Shown piece by piece: positions 11,018-22,793 of a stretch of 64,000 nt of DNA. Below the pieces are notes generated by a model, which was not told the DNA's origin, ran no database searches, and saw only the letters and a list, made by a program, of their open reading frames with translations. This stretch comes from Schizochytrium sp. TIO01. Its lineage: Eukaryota > Protista > Bigyra: Labyrinthulomycetes. Every line of letters starts with the position of its first letter. Positions within the stretch are counted from its first letter, which is position 1. Location: the NCBI GenBank assembly GCA_004764695.1, contig SMSO01000031.1, positions 906,436 through 970,435 of the forward strand, written 5' to 3'. The position numbers and the translations under genes are program-made.

Positions 11018-11987
11018 ATGAGCACCACCATGGGTCTGTCTCATGCACTCAGAGCACTTGAGCACGAGAGCAGCGAACTCTTGGACGTGGCACTTGCGTT
11101 TCCAGCACTCATAACGCGCAAACGCTCGCGAAAGGTAGCCTTTGAGCAGGAGAAAGCTGCCTTAAAAGAACAGGCTCTCAACCGCCAACGCGATGAAGAA
11201 GATCGTCTTCGTAAAATCAGGGCACAGCAGGCAGCAGGTGATGATACCCGGCTCCCGACGGATAGGGTCGAGGCCGAGGAAAAGCTACAAAATAGCATTG
11301 CAATGCTTAAGGTACGTGATGTGAAGAGGTGGATTCAGAAGATGCAATGCGCAAGGTGTCATTAAAGATGAAATCGTATCTAAGTGAGAGTTTGTAATCA
11401 TTTGAGACTGACGAATATATTATGTACCGAAAATTCAACATGGAAACCTCACAAATGGTCTCGGGTGTGGAAACTACAAACTATAGACTCAACTATTTGA
11501 TGCAAGCGTGGAGCTGCAGCAACTAGAAAAATTGCTGGAGAGGATATATCTCAGCAAAGTGGTTATGGCAGAAGCAGCTGCGGAAGCAGCAGCGGCGACA
11601 ACTGTAAACGCAGACCCAAAGCATGAGTCCAATGCAGGGTTCTTAGAGAGGGATAGACTGGCAACGCGTGTGCTTAAGCTTGCGAGGGACTGTAAATTGG
11701 CAGCAGAGGAGGAGTCCAGGCTGAAACGACGCGTTCTAAAGCGCCAGATTCAGACACGCGAGAAATGGGCATCGAAAGTTAGAGGCAAGACAGAAGCCAG
11801 TGAGCCAGACAATGAAGACACAGTGCATGGTTTGTCCGGTAAACGCGAAACTGAAGAAGAAACACGTTTTCGACACCACAACGCTTGGCTTAGACATGTG
11901 TTGACAACGATGGCTCTTGAGGCAAAGGTTAATTGGGCTGCCGATCCTGAACTTCGAGCTGTAATTATGGGAGAGCCAATTCTCTAA
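11018..11987 (+). CDS. Centromere protein H (CENP-H/Fta3)-like coiled-coil protein, two exons (11018-11311, 11487-11987; about 264 aa)
   Basis: Phase-0 intron AAG|GTACGT...CTATAG|ACT (11312-11486, 175 nt) joins two ORFs. C-terminal VNWAADPELRAVI resembles the CENP-H motif VNWAEDPEL. Confidence 0.7.
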
Positions 11988-12333
11988 GCAGGAACTCCTC
12001 CTTGTTATTGTGATATGAATGTTGTGATAAGAAACTACGTGTTTCTTTCCTAGCACGTTGTGATCTTATACCATGTCCACGAGTTGGCTCTATAGCTGTT
12101 GAAGTCAAACACTAACAGCGAGATTTGGAAAGAAGAGTCTGAGGATTATTACGCAAAATATTTAAATAGATTTATGTACCTTCTGAGCGATGATATTTTG
12201 TTCTAAACTACAGTTCTATGTTTTCATAAGTAAGAATTTACGCTTACACACAAGGTCTATTCCCAGATAGTCTGGTTGAATTGCTCTTTCCCTCTAAATC
12301 AATTTATATTGCAAATTTATTTTGCATTTCCCT

Positions 12334-12909
12334 TCAGTTTCCAAAGCAATATTGGCCATGGTAGGTGAAACAATGTATCCTGCGGTTCCGGTGTTCCATT
12401 CGCTCGGGGTGGAATAGCCAAATAAATATTGCTGAAGGGTCAAGCCCTGTCCAAGTCCAGAGATAAGATCGTGCAATGTCTCTCCATCGCACCAAGTCAG
12501 ACTCATGGTGCTCTCCAGGGCTTGGTGCTACCTCAATTGTCTCTCCCAGTTCAAGACGCGACGCGGGGAGAACTATCTCAGCAATTGCCTTTGCGCGACG
12601 CATATGTAAAGTGCTTGTGCTGATGTGGACGACCTTGAATTTATGCTTTTTCATGAGATCCACTAGCGTTGTAAAATTCGATAGAGTATCTATAGCTTCA
12701 TAATCGACAAGCAGGTAGTCCACGTCGCACCCAGCTTGAAATGCAGTTTCCTTCACATCCTCAGTTAAGGCTGGACCTGAAAGCCACAGTGGAACAAAAG
12801 ATCGGCCTGAGGTTGCGCCCTCATTTAGTTTTGCCCATGCAGATGCAATACATCTCCTTTCACGGTCTGCGCCACCTCCAAGCACCAAGACAAGGCTCTT
12901 GGTCCTCAT
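12334..12909 (-). CDS. DUF218/YdcF (SanA/ElyC-like) family protein
   Basis: Motifs VLVLGGG..RE, WLSG, DYEAIDTLSNFTTLVD, STSTLHMRRA, RDIARSYLW. Confidence 0.8.
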   Translation of the reverse strand: MRTKSLVLVLGGGADRERRCIASAWAKLNEGATSGRSFVPLWLSGPALTEDVKETAFQAGCDVDYLLVDYEAIDTLSNFTTLVDLMKKHKFKVVHISTSTLHMRRAKAIAEIVLPASRLELGETIEVAPSPGEHHESDLVRWRDIARSYLWTWTGLDPSAIFIWLFHPERMEHRNRRIHCFTYHGQYCFGN

Positions 12910-13763
12910 CTCTCCCCCTTCGTACCTCCCAGACCGTCTTAAGAAAAGGAAAGAGCCTTAAAACAAAGGAAACTCCAATGGTTAACCAATTATTCTCGGT
13001 CCTCTATAATATTCAGTTGTTGTCAGGCAAGGCAGTTGTCCTCTGCGCTGGTTTGTTACGCAAACGGATTTGCTTCAGAAAAAGAAGTCATGAGGCCCAA
13101 ACGAAGGAAAAAATATACATAAAAAACCTTTTGTAACACATATCTAGGTAAGTAGTTAGCTACCTACAATCCTACTACTGAAGGGAAATAAAAATGTGAA
13201 CAGAGGCAACCTTGTAGTGAATGAAAGGGATATAGACTCATCTATGGAAGTCTTGGTAGCCTGTAACATGGTTGAGATTGTACCGGGATATGCAACTCCT
13301 GTCTACAGTTCTACAGAAATTTGATCAAGACTAAGGAGCAAATAAGCTGCATTCAATTAGATAAGATAGCATGGATGTAGAATTGAGCTAGCGCAGCATA
13401 TATATATTGAACAAGAGCAAACCATGAGGTAGATACCAACCACAATGTAGCTTGTCTTTGACTATGCAGAGTAAAACCAGGCTTTTAATGGGTCGGGAAT
13501 CACACTTGATGCAAGGTTTTGAGAAAGTGGTCTTATATTCTGAGGAAAATATGGTACACACTTTTATATTTAAAAAAGAAGATCCAAGATGACTGTTGTT
13601 CCCAACGGCTACAGAACACTCTTGATTAAACGCACGCAGTGCATAAAAGATGGCAGTCCTTGAATAGCTCGCTCCAAGAATAATACCTTGGAGGATTAGA
13701 TTATAACCCAAATAGCTTTGGGGAATAGTTGGAGAGGTGGGACGCAGACAACTCTTGTTGATC

Positions 13764-14855
13764 ATGGCGTCGACTTTACATCAGGAGTTTGCATGTGGCA
13801 CAGAGGCTGCGAAACCTAGTCAGTACCTGCTCGAGGCACTAGAGCGACTCTCAACCAACCAGGCAGATGATTTCGAAGAAGCTGAAGCCAAGCAAAATGA
13901 TACATATGACAGCAATGACAATTATGATGATGCTCTGAAGGGACAAGAAACTCTGGATGATGAATCCAAAGTATCATGCGAGGACTATGAGTTCAGAGAG
14001 GTGGACGGACTGCCAGAAACCCCAGTCACAACAGCATCCTCTGTGTTATCTCGAGGACGTAAGTCCCAGGTTTCTATTGATGATCGTGAAGTTGCTAATC
14101 CTAATGGTGATGCGTGGAAGGAGTTTGATCACGATTCTGAAGCTGGGCGGATGCTACGAAAACTCTATGCAGGAGCTCGTCATAATGCACCGCTAGCTAG
14201 CTATCCTCAGCTTAAAACTCGATCCCGCCAGCTTAAACCCGAGTCTTGGTTTACCGGTAAGCTGGGCATTGATCCTCGAAAAGAAACTGAGCGACGCAAG
14301 AGAGAGCAGTCAGTTGATGTACCACGACCTCTTCGAGAAGAGATTAAACCAGTGCCTGCAATCTATTTTGTTCCGAAGCGCAAGCCTCATGAACGAATTG
14401 AAGAAGAACAACGTCGAATTGCCGAGGAGCGTGCAATTGAGAGACCTTTACCCCGCAAAGCAATATCGACAGAAACTGAAAAACGTCGACTTGCAATGCA
14501 ATTTCAATTTAAAGGTGGCAAGGCCTTACCTGAATCCGGAACAATTGAACCAATCCAGGGTAATATCCCATTATCGCTTATTTCTGGCAAGCCCAGCAAG
14601 GCCCAACTTCGCCGCAGCCAGCAGTCTAGGTCCCAAACTCTCGCTGCTGCACGAGTACAACAGCGCCAGCGGCTCGAAGAGGATTTTGATCAGGTTCATC
14701 GCGAGGTACAAGCACTCAAATATCAAATGGAAAACCTTGACGGATCCCATGGAGCCGCAAAGCAGATTGCCAATATTCGCGCTGAGATTCACCAGCGTCT
14801 TGGTGAGCTGGAGGCCATTGACACCCTTTTGCATGCACCGCAAGACCTTATGTAA
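13764..14855 (+). CDS. UPF0193 (EVG1/C22orf23)-like protein, about 363 aa
   Basis: Long ORF with first ATG at 13764. EKRRLAMQFQFKG and C-terminal FDQVHREV...IRAEIHQRLGELEAID resemble UPF0193. Confidence 0.6.
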   Translation: MASTLHQEFACGTEAAKPSQYLLEALERLSTNQADDFEEAEAKQNDTYDSNDNYDDALKGQETLDDESKVSCEDYEFREVDGLPETPVTTASSVLSRGRKSQVSIDDREVANPNGDAWKEFDHDSEAGRMLRKLYAGARHNAPLASYPQLKTRSRQLKPESWFTGKLGIDPRKETERRKREQSVDVPRPLREEIKPVPAIYFVPKRKPHERIEEEQRRIAEERAIERPLPRKAISTETEKRRLAMQFQFKGGKALPESGTIEPIQGNIPLSLISGKPSKAQLRRSQQSRSQTLAAARVQQRQRLEEDFDQVHREVQALKYQMENLDGSHGAAKQIANIRAEIHQRLGELEAIDTLLHAPQDLM

Positions 14856-15769
14856 CAACCCAAGCAAGCACCAATAGCATGCCTTTGGCAAACTCAGGAG
14901 ATGCAAAAGCAACCAATTCTGAACACAACTATTCTACCACCACTATTTAGCTCATTAAATGATAAATCTTCATCAAGATTCAACTCTCTACATCTTCCCG
15001 GAGGGTATCTTGGAATTGCACTTGTTGTATATTCCTTGCCACATCGAAGTACCATTGTGCCTGCCTCCCAGAACCCGTCTAAAACGATTTCTACTACTAC
15101 CTGCGTACGTTTTTTTCCCAGGGTACCTCCAGAAACTCAACTACCCCCTATCTATGCAAAACCTTAATGTATGGTACTAGGTACCTCATTCATTCATTTT
15201 TAAAGTTATCATTTTTTAGATAACAAAATCAAGAAACAGAAAATCGACACAAACCTGCAAACTGTTTCAACAATCTATCTCACATGCATAGCATAAAGTT
15301 GTGTATTACTCTATGTTTCAGATCTTACTCTCAGGTGTCGGAGCTTAACCTTCCAAAGCTTAGCTCGGCGTTCTTCAATTTGTACCTTTCTTTCCTGTTC
15401 CCCCGTCTCCATATATATAAGGCGACTGAAGGAATATTCAATTCAATTCCTTTGTTCTTTTAATTTTAATTTTTTCTAAGTAAGGAAAGTCAAGGCGTGG
15501 TTGAAACTTTTGGCGCTTGCAATCACTGTCCTGCGTGACCCGAGCGCAATCACTGAGGTTCTTCGGGCTCCTTGGGGGAGGCTGGAGCCTGTGCGTGGGC
15601 CTACTTGATTTTCGGGGAAAGGTCCTTCGAAGGTCTGGTGGCGCTGGAGACAGCAAGCTGAGATCTGATTGCAACTCATTAAGACGGCCGTTGCGGAGCC
15701 CGAGCACGAGGACTTGTACAAGCGCGTACGTAAGAATTATTCTGAGAGCTAAAGTTCGGGCGAGGAAAA

Positions 15770-17876
15770 ATGGAGGATCTCTCGACGGGCCTGAATGATT
15801 GGCGGAATATTCAAGATGTTGTTCGTAAAACCTTCAAAAGTTTACATGATGTGGTGCGGTCTCAGGGCGAGAAAATAAGACATCTTGAACAGAAGCTTGC
15901 AAACACGCCGACGGGCGGCGAATTCGAGAATCTGCAAGTGTCAATGGCAAACAAACCAACTTTTGCAGAGCTTAATAAACATTTGAGCGTGCGATTTGAA
16001 GAAATGGGCCTCGCGGCTTTGCGATCACAAGTGAGCTCAAAAGCAGATAAGGTTGAAATGAAGGAACTCTACACAGACATGACTACGGCAACACAACGCA
16101 TGGCGGAAAGCAACAATGCTCTCGAGCTGCTTGTTCGACAGCAACAGGGTGAAATAGAGGCACTTAAGAGACAAATTCGTGGCCTAAGCAATATTCAGGC
16201 TCAGGAGGAGGATATGCACGCGAAATTCGCCACAAGAAAGTGGGTTGAAGAAATGTTAGATTTTGAGGCCGAGGCGCGCAAACAAGCCCTTGCCAACGTT
16301 CGTAAAGAGTTAGCAGAACGCGCTGTGGCTTTAGAGAAACGCATTAACACTTTGCCGACCGTAGAAGATCTGGATGAGGTGCTCTCACAGAAAGCAGATA
16401 TGGATACTCTGGCAAAGGCCTTGAAGGATCGTCCAACCCAAGATGATGTTACAAAGGAAATCCAAAATCGCATCATGGAGTCTGCGAACCATGTTCAGGA
16501 GCAAGTCAAGGGTTCAACTTCGTGAAACTATCGAGCTTGCCTTGACACGGACCAAAGCAGAGCTTGAGCGAATGGAGGATTCCATGGTGGACTTTGTCTC
16601 CCGATCAGAGCTACTTGAAGTATGTGGACAAAAGGTAGGCGGCCCTGAGCTTGATGAACGCATGCAGGAAAGTAGCGAAATGCTCACTGCCCAATTCAAA
16701 GAAGCTATTATTGGTGTGCAGCGTGAGCTTGTACAAGTGATCAATAAAAAGGCATTTAAAACAGATGTGCAGCGTCAGCTCGGTTCTAAAGCAAATACTG
16801 ATGATGTCACCAACTGGCTCTCTTCCAAGGTTGAGCTAGCTGATGTTCGCGACGCCCTTGCGCATAAGAGTGACTTAACTGTCATGCAAGGTTTAGCGGA
16901 CCGAGTGCAAAGTTTGGAGAGACGCCATGCTCGCGCTGGGTCCATTCCACCTGCTGGGAAGCGGAGGGGGCGCGCACCTCGCTCAGACAAGCTAGATGCT
17001 TACCTTGGCGAACAGGATGAGTTTGGCCGACCTATGAAGTCAAATAACAAAAAGAACCTCGGAAGGAGAACATCAAGCGAGTTTCATCGTAATAAGGGAG
17101 ACGAAAGTTCAGACTTTGACGATGAAAATGATGAAGACAACGAAGACTACGAGGATCACGAGGACGGGGACTTTGAAGCAAATCTCAGCAAACAAGAGAT
17201 TTCTCGCCTTTTGCGCCGCTTGGCAAAACTGGATGCGGACAAGGTCTCCGTCAAGGACTTGTGTCTTTTATTGGATCAAAAGGCCAACATTAAGGATGTC
17301 AACGACGCGCTTGCCCAACTCAGCACACAGCAGAGCCAGGCTGCGGCAAGCCGAGCGCAGCGTGATGAAGACTCTATCATTCCCCAAGAGACTGTTCGCC
17401 AATTACGACGTGAGGTCGATGCCATTGGCGAGGCTATGAACGCAGAGCTTTCTGTAGGTCGCTGGATTTGGAGCTCTGGACGAGTTCTCAGCGACCGCGC
17501 TGTACCATGGAATATTGAATGTGTCAATACAGCAACAGAGAACTTGCATTGGACAAAGGACAGTGCAGATCTTACAGCTATTATGCCAGGACTCTATGAG
17601 CTGCATCTTGGATTCTTTTCCGAATCTGATCCCGAAGTGCAGGTTCTGGTCAATGGCGAAGCTATTCTTTACACCGTGAGTCGCCCACGAGACAAAAAGG
17701 GCGTCAAAACCCATGGCGCGGCGCTTGCCCCAATTCGCCGGGCAAAGCATTCCGCAGGAAATGTTACTGGCTGGACTCTGAATGAATTTGTAGCCTTACC
17801 AGCTCGTGCACGCCTAACTGTCATATATGATGGGGATCAAGGTGCTCAAGGTTTTGTGTCTTTGCGTAAATTATAA
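15770..17876 (+). CDS. Coiled-coil protein with repeated K-A-[DN] motifs and a C-terminal C1q/TNF-like beta domain; split by a +1 frameshift near 16510 (joined about 701 aa)
   Basis: ORFs 15770-16525 and 16443-17876 overlap and share the same repeat (SKADK, QKADM | KKAFK, SKANT, QKANI). C-terminal GRWIW...VPWNIECVNT...PGLYELHLGFF. Confidence 0.75.
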
Positions 17877-18461
17877 TACCTTTACCTCTTTTGTTTTCTT
17901 TATCACCATGTACATTGGTACTGTTTGCATCTTTCTGCCACGTCCAAATCATTCTAACTTGTGAACCTGGACTTCCTTAGATTAGGCTCATCATTGAGAG
18001 TTGGTTTACAATTGCTTGCTTAAATGATGTAGTAGAGCCTATATATTTGAAGCGTTCTAAAATCTATCATAAATTTCATGAAACACATATTTTACGCAGC
18101 AAATGAAATAAGACCAGCTCCTTCAGTATGGTTTATTTTTTATCGTCCTGAGTGTCCAACAAACAATGATTTAATTTCATGGAAAACTCACATAAAAAAA
18201 TGAAGTAGCTTTCCATGAAAGAGTGAAATTTAGCGCAATTTTCACATAATTTATTCAAGAGCCCTCATGAAATGGCGAATAAGGCTGTTTCTCCCTTGAG
18301 TTTTTCTTTCTGTACTAGGCCTATGTGAGGTAGGTACTTTTATTATTGTTAAAATATTGTTAACTATTTTTATTTTCGCTCCTTCAACGCCGAAAAAGAG
18401 GTAGTAAACAATTGAGAAGATCAAACCCAATCCTGCTAGCGAGTCTCTCACCTGTGCGATC

Positions 18462-19034
18462 ATGGCAGCTTCAGAGGCTCTCGCAAAGGCAGACGCTGCT
18501 TTCCGCCGTGCCTTGCGTCTTTCCCTGGACCTTTCTCAGCTTGAAGTTGATGCTACGCGTGCTAATCATGGCTTAGTTGAGGTGCCTTCCGGCACATCAT
18601 CTTCTGCAGTGGCAAACTCTGCTGCAAGAAACGCAGCACCCGGCGCATCAAATGCGTCAAATGCTCCGAATTCTACAAACTCTGTGGCAAACTCCGCAGC
18701 AAGTGCGACTTCTAAATCGAAGCCAGGAGCGCCGATTTCTGCGGAGGATGTCAAACAGGCTCAGAAGAAGAGCAAAGGACTCATATCTGCTCGTCGTGAA
18801 CTCCAACTTCAGCAACAAGAGGCTCTGAACACACTGCTCGTGGAAATGAAGTTCCTCGAGATGGACTTTGATGCTGTGGAATCTGCCACGACGCAACGCC
18901 AGGTTCAGGAAGACATCAGCCTCCTCAAGCGCGAGATCGCTCTAAAGGACAAGCTTGTGGATCAGGTTACAAAGGAACTTTCCAAATGGGCTGCGCTACC
19001 CTCTTCAGACGAACCTGCTGCTCCCTCCACATGA
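18462..19034 (+). CDS. Mediator subunit Med28-like protein
   Basis: C-terminal QEDISLLKREIALKDKLVDQVTKELSKW matches the Med28 pattern, after an Ala/Ser/Asn-rich insert. Confidence 0.55.
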   Translation: MAASEALAKADAAFRRALRLSLDLSQLEVDATRANHGLVEVPSGTSSSAVANSAARNAAPGASNASNAPNSTNSVANSAASATSKSKPGAPISAEDVKQAQKKSKGLISARRELQLQQQEALNTLLVEMKFLEMDFDAVESATTQRQVQEDISLLKREIALKDKLVDQVTKELSKWAALPSSDEPAAPST

Positions 19035-19470
19035 TCACAAGGTGTTCTTGAAGAGGAAATCAAGACGGGAGGGTTCTTAAATCGCTTCAAAGTACAAGAC
19101 TGATTAAAAGCATTGAGTTGCGAAGGGGTAGATATCAAGATAGTGGGAGATGCTCTTAGAGAGCCAACTTCATAATTGTAGATGGTGCGTGGTTAGTGGA
19201 AGTTCAAACTCGCAACTGTTCAAAACCACAAACAAGACCTACGATCTTCAAGGCAAGTTTTTCTTAAATTGTTTATGACGAGTTCTGGAACCGCCTATGC
19301 ATTGAGCAGTTAACCAATTCGTATATTAATAAGGAACGAGAGACCAAGAATCTGTAGCCTGAGTCCTCTAACTTTTCTTTTAGAGGTTCTGACTGCGTAA
19401 ATTGTGACACGAGAACTGAATATCAACTGGAAAAGTAATTCGGAATATATGCCTAGCACTCACAAAAGGA

Positions 19471-20107
19471 TTAAATGTCATCGAAAGTAAAGGCTGTAGT
19501 AGTGTATCATCATCGTTGTTGCATTTGTCGTCGTTGCCATTACCGCCATCATCATAATAGATATTCACATTACATGAAAAATACAACCAAAATTAAAAGA
19601 CAGTTAGTCATCTTGTTCAGAAAAAGAACATAATAAAAAGGCATACCAAGTTCGTCACCCATACCCTAAGAAGATATGTGACACAAAATTTTCTAAAGTA
19701 ATCCCATGAAAGCACTTACCGCAGTCGTCGTCCTCATCGTCGTCGTCGTTCACCGCACCCTCGTTAATCTTAGCGGTGTCAGGAATCTCCTTATATGCCT
19801 TGAGACTTCTTGCCTCATCCGGGTTGTACTTGAGGATGACGTCACACTTGTCGTCCTGGAAGGAGCGGAGACCCACCAAGATGATATCACCGGCAGCAAC
19901 CCAAACCTTCTTGCGCATCTTACCACGGATGTGGGCCAGACGCTTGTTACCGTCGAAGCATTGGGCCTCAAGACGGCCGTTACCGAGCATGCGGAGAACC
20001 TGTGCGTACTCCTGGCCATCCTCCTTGAAGACGAGCTCACGCTTCTCCTCGCCCTCGTTCTTGCCGCGACGGCGGTTCTTGCCGCCCTTGCCCTTGTTCT
20101 TGGGCAT
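19471..20107 (-). CDS. EIF1A: Translation initiation factor eIF1A, two exons (20107-19720, 19493-19471; 136 aa)
   Basis: [17 protein letters not shown]...[12 protein letters not shown]...[11 protein letters not shown]. Intron G|GTAAGT...CTACAG|CC (19719-19494, 226 nt) restores the acidic end DDCAFTFDDI*. Confidence 0.97.
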
Positions 20108-22267
20108 CTTTTTAGATCCTTTAGAAAGACTTCAACCCCTTCCACAAGTTACCAGTTAATGTCAAAAGAAATCCGCAATCTGTGCTGCGCAATGCCAACC
20201 CGCAACATAACCAGTCCGTCGTCGTCCACCACAGCAGCCATCAATCCCAGATATCCACATCCACATTCACGAATTCCGAACCCAACGGCAAACGGTCCAT
20301 CACAGCAGTTTTTACAACGAACAAAGGTCATCGACACGTCAACGTAAATCAACAATCCCATGGTATCGCGCGGTCCGACATATCATATTACATCATATCA
20401 CATCACATTTCATCAGTCAGTAAACCCTCGCTCCGTTGCATTCATCCGCAAAAATGTCTCAACAATAAGCCCATGAATCGCTCGCTATATTCCATAATAT
20501 CCTCCAAAAGGGCCCCAGCCGCTCACGGCCCTTTCGAAGCCACGAGCGCTCCAGCGCGGCGTCGCGAGGGGACGCCGCGATCATTGGGAAATCCAGAGTC
20601 TCCTGTACGATCCACGTCCAACACCCCCCATCCTCCGTGGAGGCCTTGGCCACCCACAGAGGTGCTCTGGCGAGGTTGATGAGGCCAAATGGCAAGGAAT
20701 GGTCGAATTTGGGCGGAAATGGCGCCTCATGGCAGGCTTGGGTTAGACCAGCTGGACAGGCAGGACATTCCGTGCCGCAAAGTCCGCCGCAGAGGGGCAG
20801 GTGGCGCCGCAGAGTGCCCACAGGCGTCGCAAGTAACGTACCGAGTCTCGAGATAGCGCAAGAGGAGTCTGAAGGAGACGAGAAGAAGAAGGAGAAAGGA
20901 GAGATTGTGGTTGGCCGCAAGCAGGAGATCACGCCCTTTCCACCAAGCGATCCGCGCATAGTAGTTACATACACCTCTTATAGTAGTTTGGACATGAGTT
21001 AAATTACATTAGCAGACACTAATTTCTGAGACTCACAGAGGGGCGGATTGTACAGTGATGTTAAGTGGGTTCATCAGAGAGAAGTAAAATGAGGCACTTC
21101 TGAGGAGAGAGTGTCAAGAGAGTTGCAGTGTGGGAGAGTGGAGGCACACTGGGCGAAAAGAGGCGGACAAGAAAAATGGGTAGCGCTGGGAATTGGCGAA
21201 GAGGTCTGAAGGAATGGGCATGTACGCGTAGCGAGGGCGTAAACTAGGCCACAATTGAAGTATAATCGAAGCCAACGAAGGCTGTAACTCAATTCCTGCG
21301 CAGAACCCCGAGTTCAACGCCTCTAATGCCGCCAATAACACAGCATTGCACCGAGGTCTCGGCGGACCGACATGTTTTGTTTTCCCTTCGATTACCAGCA
21401 CTATGAGTTGCTAGCAGTTGAATAGGAGTCTAGAGGCTTCGAGTCTGCGCACTACTAACGGTAAAGACTAGGTAGGTGCCTAGTCGTCCTAGCGATAGAG
21501 AAAGAGAGTGATATCGAGCGGATTCTTGAGGTTTCACCCTTTGTGCAAAATAAAGGAAAGTCTGTCGCTGAGATTCATCGGAGTGAATTGAGAGGTTTCC
21601 AGCAAAATCAGATTTTAAGAGTTGCGTTCGAGCCTTTGGAAATACTGGAGTTTGCCCTGCTGCAGATAAGTTATCTCTACTCAGGTACCTAGGTACCTTC
21701 ATACCTCGAAACCAAATAAATATAAAGTTCTAATTATATTTTATTTTACTTTTCTATTTTACTTTACATCGTATACCTTTATCCTATTGCTGTTGTTATC
21801 ATCATTAATTGAAAATAAATAGAGTACATTTATGTATTTTAAGTCCTAGTTATCAATAGCTTTGTCGAAGTTACTTGGGACGCGTGTAGTAGATGAACAA
21901 AAGAACTGTGTCGATGCTTTTACTTTTCTTAAAGTTTACGGGACAATAGGTACTACCTACCTAGAGGTCTCTTGAAGAGCTTCGTTTCCTTCGTTTGCAC
22001 GTGATGCACAACACTGATTTCTAGTTTTGTATACCTACCTAGCACAACAGGAGTTTTGGTCTCTTTTCTCGTTTCCTATGGTTTTCTTTATTTTCAGTTA
22101 TTTTTTTATTTTAAACATTATAATTGAACATATAATTTTTAAAAAAAAAATTTTTAGTTTTAATTAACTGTAATTCAAACACGTGTCACGTGGTTTACTT
22201 ATTTTTAATTAATTAAAAATTGAAAGAAAAAATAATAACTTTATACTTTGAGAGTCGAGGTCTTGTA

Positions 22268-22300
<33 letters not shown>
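22268..22300. repeat. (ATG)11 microsatellite
   Basis: Read directly. Confidence 0.95.
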
Positions 22301-22301
<1 letters not shown>

Positions 22302-22793
22302 GCAAGGATGACCCACTTCTTTAAAGACGAAGACGCAGAACCGTCATGATCACGATGGTGTTTGGGATATAGCGTGATAGTAGCCTTGGTTTTCTGGCAC
22401 CGAGCTCTACCAACAAAGCAAAACTTGAGGAACTCCGAAAGGTAGCACAAGCAAGCTACTTGAGGCAAAGAGCAAACAAACTGAGAACTACAACAGTGAT
22501 ACCTACCTACTTAGGTATTAGAGCAGCGAAGTTATAAGGCTGGAGAACCTGAAGGATTGGAGCGCGGTGCTGAGGGGCGAACTAAAGAAGCTCAAGTTCT
22601 TTAAATTATATACGTCAAACAATAAACAAAAATAGTATCTTGGATCTCTCGGCGCAATGGGTTGGTGGGCAAATTAATTAGCAAATTCCTATCGGCGGCA
22701 GGCAATACATCCGTACTTGGAATGCTCGACAGGAGGACAGTTCCAAAACGAGATCCGGGGATCAAACTTTCAAGTTGTTCTAACGACCCAAGA

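Noticed and set aside
12294-12506. A fourth +1 frameshift at the DUF218 C-terminus
   Set aside because: The domain is already complete in the main ORF, and the overlapping frame has no recognisable motif.
16523-16525. Selenocysteine or readthrough at the TGA ending ORF 15770-16525
   Set aside because: The same frame stops again 13 codons later; the coding continuation is in the +1 frame.
19655-19719. eIF1A C-terminal tail GKCFHG... from the ORF track
   Set aside because: This is read-through into an intron; splicing gives the conserved acidic ending.
21683-21698. Palindrome AGGTACCTAGGTACCT and recurrent TAGGTA/TACCTA words
   Set aside because: Short and low-complexity; enrichment cannot be established without counting.
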